From Thermoanaerobaculia bacterium (GTDB taxonomy: Bacteria > Acidobacteriota > Thermoanaerobaculia > Gp7-AA8), in the NCBI GenBank assembly GCA_017883265.1, contig JADGNX010000001.1, forward strand, positions 812-64,811: a stretch of 64,000 nucleotides of DNA, in the 5' to 3' direction. A program made the translations under genes and the position numbers. Shown piece by piece: positions 60,454 to 64,000 of this stretch (the first letter of the stretch is position 1; each line of letters opens with the position of its first letter). A model generated the notes under the pieces. The model was not told the DNA's origin. It saw only the letters and a program-made list of their open reading frames with translations, and did no database searches.

Positions 60454-61464
60454 CTATCCGCCGATATGCGACATCTCGACTTTCTTCAGACGGAGAGTCG
60501 CCTCCGAGCGGATCTCCGAGTAGCGGTCACCGCGATCAGCCCAGGTCGAGGCGATCAAAGCCGCGACCGTCTCATCGTCGGCGCCGGCACGGAGGAGTCC
60601 TCTCACGTCGCGACCAGAGCCCGCGAAAAGGCAAGTATAGAGCTCGCCGGCGGCTGAGAGCCGTGCCCGCGTGCAACTGCCGCAGAACGGCTGGGTGACC
60701 GAAGTGATGATGCCGATCTCCCCGGCGCCGTCTTCGTACGTCCATCTCCCGGCAACCTCGCCAAAATAAGTCGGCTCTGCGGTTCGCAACGGCCATTCAG
60801 CCGCGATCCTTTCGGCGATCTCCCGGCCGGCTACGACGTCTTCCATACGCCAGGCGTTGGTGTTCCCCACATCCATGTACTCAATGAATCGCACGATATG
60901 TCCCGACCAGCGGAAGCGAGCCGCCATCGGAACGACGCTGGCATCGTTCACGCCGCGCTTGACCACCATATCGATTTTCAGTGGGGTGAGACCGGCCGCA
61001 GCCGCCGCGTCGATGGCGTCGAGAACCCGGGTCACTGGAAAGCTGACGTCGTTCATCGAGCGGAAGACCGCATCGTCGAGAGAATCGAGGCTGATGGTGA
61101 TACGCCGGAGGCCCGCCGCCCTGAGTGCCCTGGCCCGCTCCGCGGTCAGCAGCGAACCGTTCGTGGTCAGCGCGAGATCCTCGAGGCCATCGATCGACCC
61201 GAGCATTGCGATGAGGTGTTCGATGTTGCGCCGGAGCAGAGGCTCACCGCCGGTGAGGCGAATCTTCTTCACTCCCTGCCGCACGAAGATTGCCGCAAGC
61301 CGGGCGATCTCTTCAAAGGAAAGAAGCTCACTCCGTTCGAGAAACGCAAACTCACGGCCGAAAATCTCCTTCGGCATGCAATACGGACAGCGGAAGTTGC
61401 ACCGGTCGGTGACCGAGATCCGCAGATCGCGCAGAGGTCTACGCAGTTTGTCGAAGAGAGGCAT
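60454..61464 (-). CDS. moaA: GTP 3',8-cyclase MoaA (radical SAM, molybdenum cofactor biosynthesis)
   Basis: 336 aa with the radical-SAM cluster CNFRCPYC near the N-terminus and a C-terminal second cluster region (CGSCTRARLSAAGELYTC). Confidence 0.85.
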   Translation of the reverse strand: MPLFDKLRRPLRDLRISVTDRCNFRCPYCMPKEIFGREFAFLERSELLSFEEIARLAAIFVRQGVKKIRLTGGEPLLRRNIEHLIAMLGSIDGLEDLALTTNGSLLTAERARALRAAGLRRITISLDSLDDAVFRSMNDVSFPVTRVLDAIDAAAAAGLTPLKIDMVVKRGVNDASVVPMAARFRWSGHIVRFIEYMDVGNTNAWRMEDVVAGREIAERIAAEWPLRTAEPTYFGEVAGRWTYEDGAGEIGIITSVTQPFCGSCTRARLSAAGELYTCLFAGSGRDVRGLLRAGADDETVAALIASTWADRGDRYSEIRSEATLRLKKVEMSHIGG

Positions 61465-61697
61465 TCGCGTTGAAAAGCCAGGCCTCCGTTGGCGAATTCC
61501 TCGCCACGCAGGTCTTGGGCCGGACTGCCGTCGAGGAGTCAGCCCCCGCCGGATGGACGATGGGAGAGCATGAACCCGGGCGAGAAATGTTGCAAGGAAT
61601 CAATGCTCGCTCACTCCCGGTGTTCGGACCCCAGGGGTCGCACGAATGCGCAGGTCACCCGGATAGGACAGTCCTGTCTCGGCCGTGCCGACCGGTG

Positions 61698-62393
61698 CTA
61701 GCGGAGCGCGGTCATGAAGCGGTCGAAGCGCGGCTTGAAATGATTGGCTCGATCGAAGGAGAACGCCACGGCTGTGGCTTTGCCGACGATGGCTTCCCCT
61801 TTGATGAATCCGATGTAGCGGCTGTCGTTGCTGTCGTCGCGGTTATCTCCCATGACGAAGTATTCGCCTGCCGGCACCTTCCGCGCTTCGAACGAGCGGA
61901 GTGCGGGGACGTTTTCGGTGATCATCAGCATGTGGTGGGTGCCGCTCACCGCCTCCTCGACCTGCCATGCGCGCTGGCCCGCAAAATCGGACAGGCCGGA
62001 AACGTCGGATGGGGACGTCCAGTGCGCCGGCTCGCCGTTGATGAAGAGCTGTTCATCCCTCATGGCGACGGTGTCGCCCGGCAATCCGATGACCCGCTTT
62101 ACGAGACGCATGCCGTCAGCCGGAGAATAGAAGACGATCACGTCGCCGCGCTGCGGTTCGCTCCATCGTGCGATCCGGACCCTGGAGAACGGCACCTTGA
62201 GGTCGTACGCCAGTTTGTTCACGATCACGCGGTCGCCCTCCAGGATCGTTGGCTTCATCGACCCCGTGGGCACGTCATTCCAATCTGCCAGTGCCGATCT
62301 CATCGAACTGACGATGAGCACCATGAGGAGGATTCCCCGGCCGCTGGCCCAGATCTGAAGAGCGCGTTCTCTGAAGTTCATCGGTTCTCTCAT
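61698..62393 (-). CDS. lepB: Signal peptidase I
   Basis: 231 aa with an N-terminal TM, the catalytic Ser region GSMKPTL and GDNRDDSNDSRYIGF (box E). Confidence 0.85.
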   Translation of the reverse strand: MREPMNFRERALQIWASGRGILLMVLIVSSMRSALADWNDVPTGSMKPTILEGDRVIVNKLAYDLKVPFSRVRIARWSEPQRGDVIVFYSPADGMRLVKRVIGLPGDTVAMRDEQLFINGEPAHWTSPSDVSGLSDFAGQRAWQVEEAVSGTHHMLMITENVPALRSFEARKVPAGEYFVMGDNRDDSNDSRYIGFIKGEAIVGKATAVAFSFDRANHFKPRFDRFMTALR

Positions 62394-62552
62394 CAGGCAT
62401 TACGTCGCCGGGCCCGGAAAGGTTCTGAGACGCGGTGCGCGGCGTGTCCCCGACCTGCTGCCCTGCCTTCCCGATCGTGCGCAACTCGTTCGCCCCTGGA
62501 ATCGGTGGCGACCGCCGGTCGGTATACTGGCCGCGGCCCGGGACAGCGCGGA

Positions 62553-64000
62553 TGACGCAACAGACGACGATTCACGACCTCAAGAACCTCATACTCTCGT
62601 ATCACTCGCTCATCACCATCGAGACCGTCGAAGAGGAGCGGGTCTGGGCTCTCCTCAGCGACGTGGCCGGCGAAGCTCGACTTCCGCTCTATCAATGGTC
62701 GCAGAGCCGCGGCCTGGGCCTGGGAGTTCATCCTCCCCTTCTGGAAACGCAGGAGCCGCTGGCGGCGCTTCGCCACATTTCTGCCAGCGAGGGAGACGCC
62801 ATCTATCAGCTGAACGATCTGACGTGCCATCTGGATCAGGCGGCCATCGCCCGCGAATTGCGGGAGCTGGCCCAGAAGCTGACTTCGACGCGCTCCGCGA
62901 TCGTCATTACCGGCGACCCGATCGAGATGCCGCACGATCTCGCGTCCCTGGCCGTCGGATACCCTCTTCAACTGCCCGGCGAAGATGAACTGCGGGAGGT
63001 AGTGCGCGGCGTCGTGGAATCGATCGGAGCCCGCCAGCGGGTGTCGGTAGACCTCGATCGCGACGAGGCCGGCCGCGTCGTGAGGGCTCTGGCCGGACTG
63101 ACGCTCAATCAGGCCCGGCAGGTCGTGGCGGGCGTCATCGTCACTGACGGTCGTCTAACAGGTTCCGACATCGAGAATATCATCAGGACGAAAGGAGAGA
63201 TGATCTCGCGAGAGCGCCTGCTCGAGTTCATTCCGCCGCAGTCGAATCGCTTTCAGCTCGGTGGCTTCGGACGATTGAAACGGTGGCTGGACGATGCCAG
63301 GATCGGCTTTTCACCCGAGGCGCGTGCGTTGAACCTCGAAGCGCCGAAAGGGCTTCTACTTGTCGGCGTTCAGGGCTGTGGAAAGTCGCTGGCGGCGAAG
63401 TTCATCGCCTCTCAATGGCAATTGCCGCTACTCAAGCTGGACGCCGCCCGTCTCTACGACAAGTTTGTCGGAGAGACAGAGAATAACTTTCGCCGTGCCA
63501 CGAGCGTGGCAGAAGCGATGGCGCCCGCGGTCCTCTGGATCGATGAGATCGAGAAGGCGTTCGCCTCAGGAGGATCGGGCGAATCCGACGGCGGTCTGTC
63601 CCAACGCCTTCTGGGCTCATTCCTCACATGGTTGCAGGAGAAGAAGACTGAGGTTTTCGTCGTTGGAGCTGCGAACGACCTTGGCCGACTGCCGCCGGAA
63701 TTGCTGAGAAAGGGGCGATTCGATGAAATCTTCTTCGTCGACCTGCCGGACGCCAGCGAGCGACAGGAGATCTGGACGATTCATCTGGCGTTGCGCAGGC
63801 AGGACCCCGCGGCCTTCGACCTCGGCGATCTGGTTGCCGATAGCGAAGGCTTCAGCGGAGCGGAGATCGAGCAGGCCATCGTCGCCGCTCTGTATGCAGC
63901 GCTTCACCACCGGGAGTCCCTCACAACTCAGCTGCTGAAGAAGTCGCTCTCATCGACCGTTCCGCTCTCTGTGTCGCGGCGCGAGGATGTCGAACTGTTG
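62553..64000 (+). CDS. AAA+ ATPase (Ycf46-like), partial - runs off the window end
   Basis: ATG 62553. N-terminal domain of ~280 aa, then Walker A GVQGCGKS, Walker B VLWIDEIEK and sensor/arginine-finger region GAANDLGRLPPELLRKGRFDEIFFV. Confidence 0.7.

Noticed and set aside
61470-62555. 361-aa plus-strand ORF across the moaA leader and antisense to lepB
   Set aside because: It lies antisense to a well-supported signal peptidase gene and covers the non-coding leader. It has no motifs.

Overview
This 64 kb window is high-GC (about 60-65%) chromosomal DNA from a Gram-negative-type bacterium. The gene content hints at Acidobacteriota-like, but this is not provable from sequence alone. It spans the replication-origin neighbourhood.

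The minus strand carries dnaA-dnaN-recF-gyrB-gyrA. The plus strand carries rpmH-rnpA-yidD-yidC-jag-mnmE-mnmG-rsmG-parA-parB, followed by a bactofilin gene and a partial F1Fo ATP-synthase operon (b'-b-delta-alpha-gamma-beta-epsilon, with no a or c subunit genes). Beyond that come a minimal histidine kinase with a sigma-54 response regulator, topA, metX, an ATP-dependent DNA ligase, mdh, guaD, moaA and lepB. There is also a tRNA-Asn(GTT) with its own terminator. The left end has a GGDEF/EAL signalling protein, a kynureninase-like gene, and an ABC exporter whose permease is fused to an M1 aminopeptidase.

The most interesting observation is two independent genes that each carry an in-frame TGA exactly where a redox-active cysteine is expected. 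One is a FrnE/DsbA-like thiol oxidoreductase with U-P-F-C in place of C-P-W-C. The other is a DedA-rhodanese fusion with TGA at the catalytic Cys position, whose read-through ORF ends in a TGATG overlap with the next gene. Both look like selenocysteine-recoded genes that the six-frame ORF track split or truncated. Each has stem-loop potential downstream that could be a bacterial SECIS.

The rhodanese selenoprotein candidate leads a tight six-gene minus-strand operon: DedA-Rhd(Sec), SAM methyltransferase, pol-beta-type nucleotidyltransferase, metallophosphoesterase, an EgtB-like DinB+FGE sulfoxide-synthase-like enzyme, and Fe/Mn SOD. It ends in a perfect bidirectional terminator. This could be an undescribed thiol/selenol redox or small-molecule biosynthesis module.

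Other points: a likely oriC with DnaA boxes, a mis-called dnaA start, tandem terminator-like hairpin repeats with a compensatory stem substitution, an AT-rich palindromic gyrA promoter island, and a parB-coupled bactofilin. No CRISPR array, integrase or transposase was seen.
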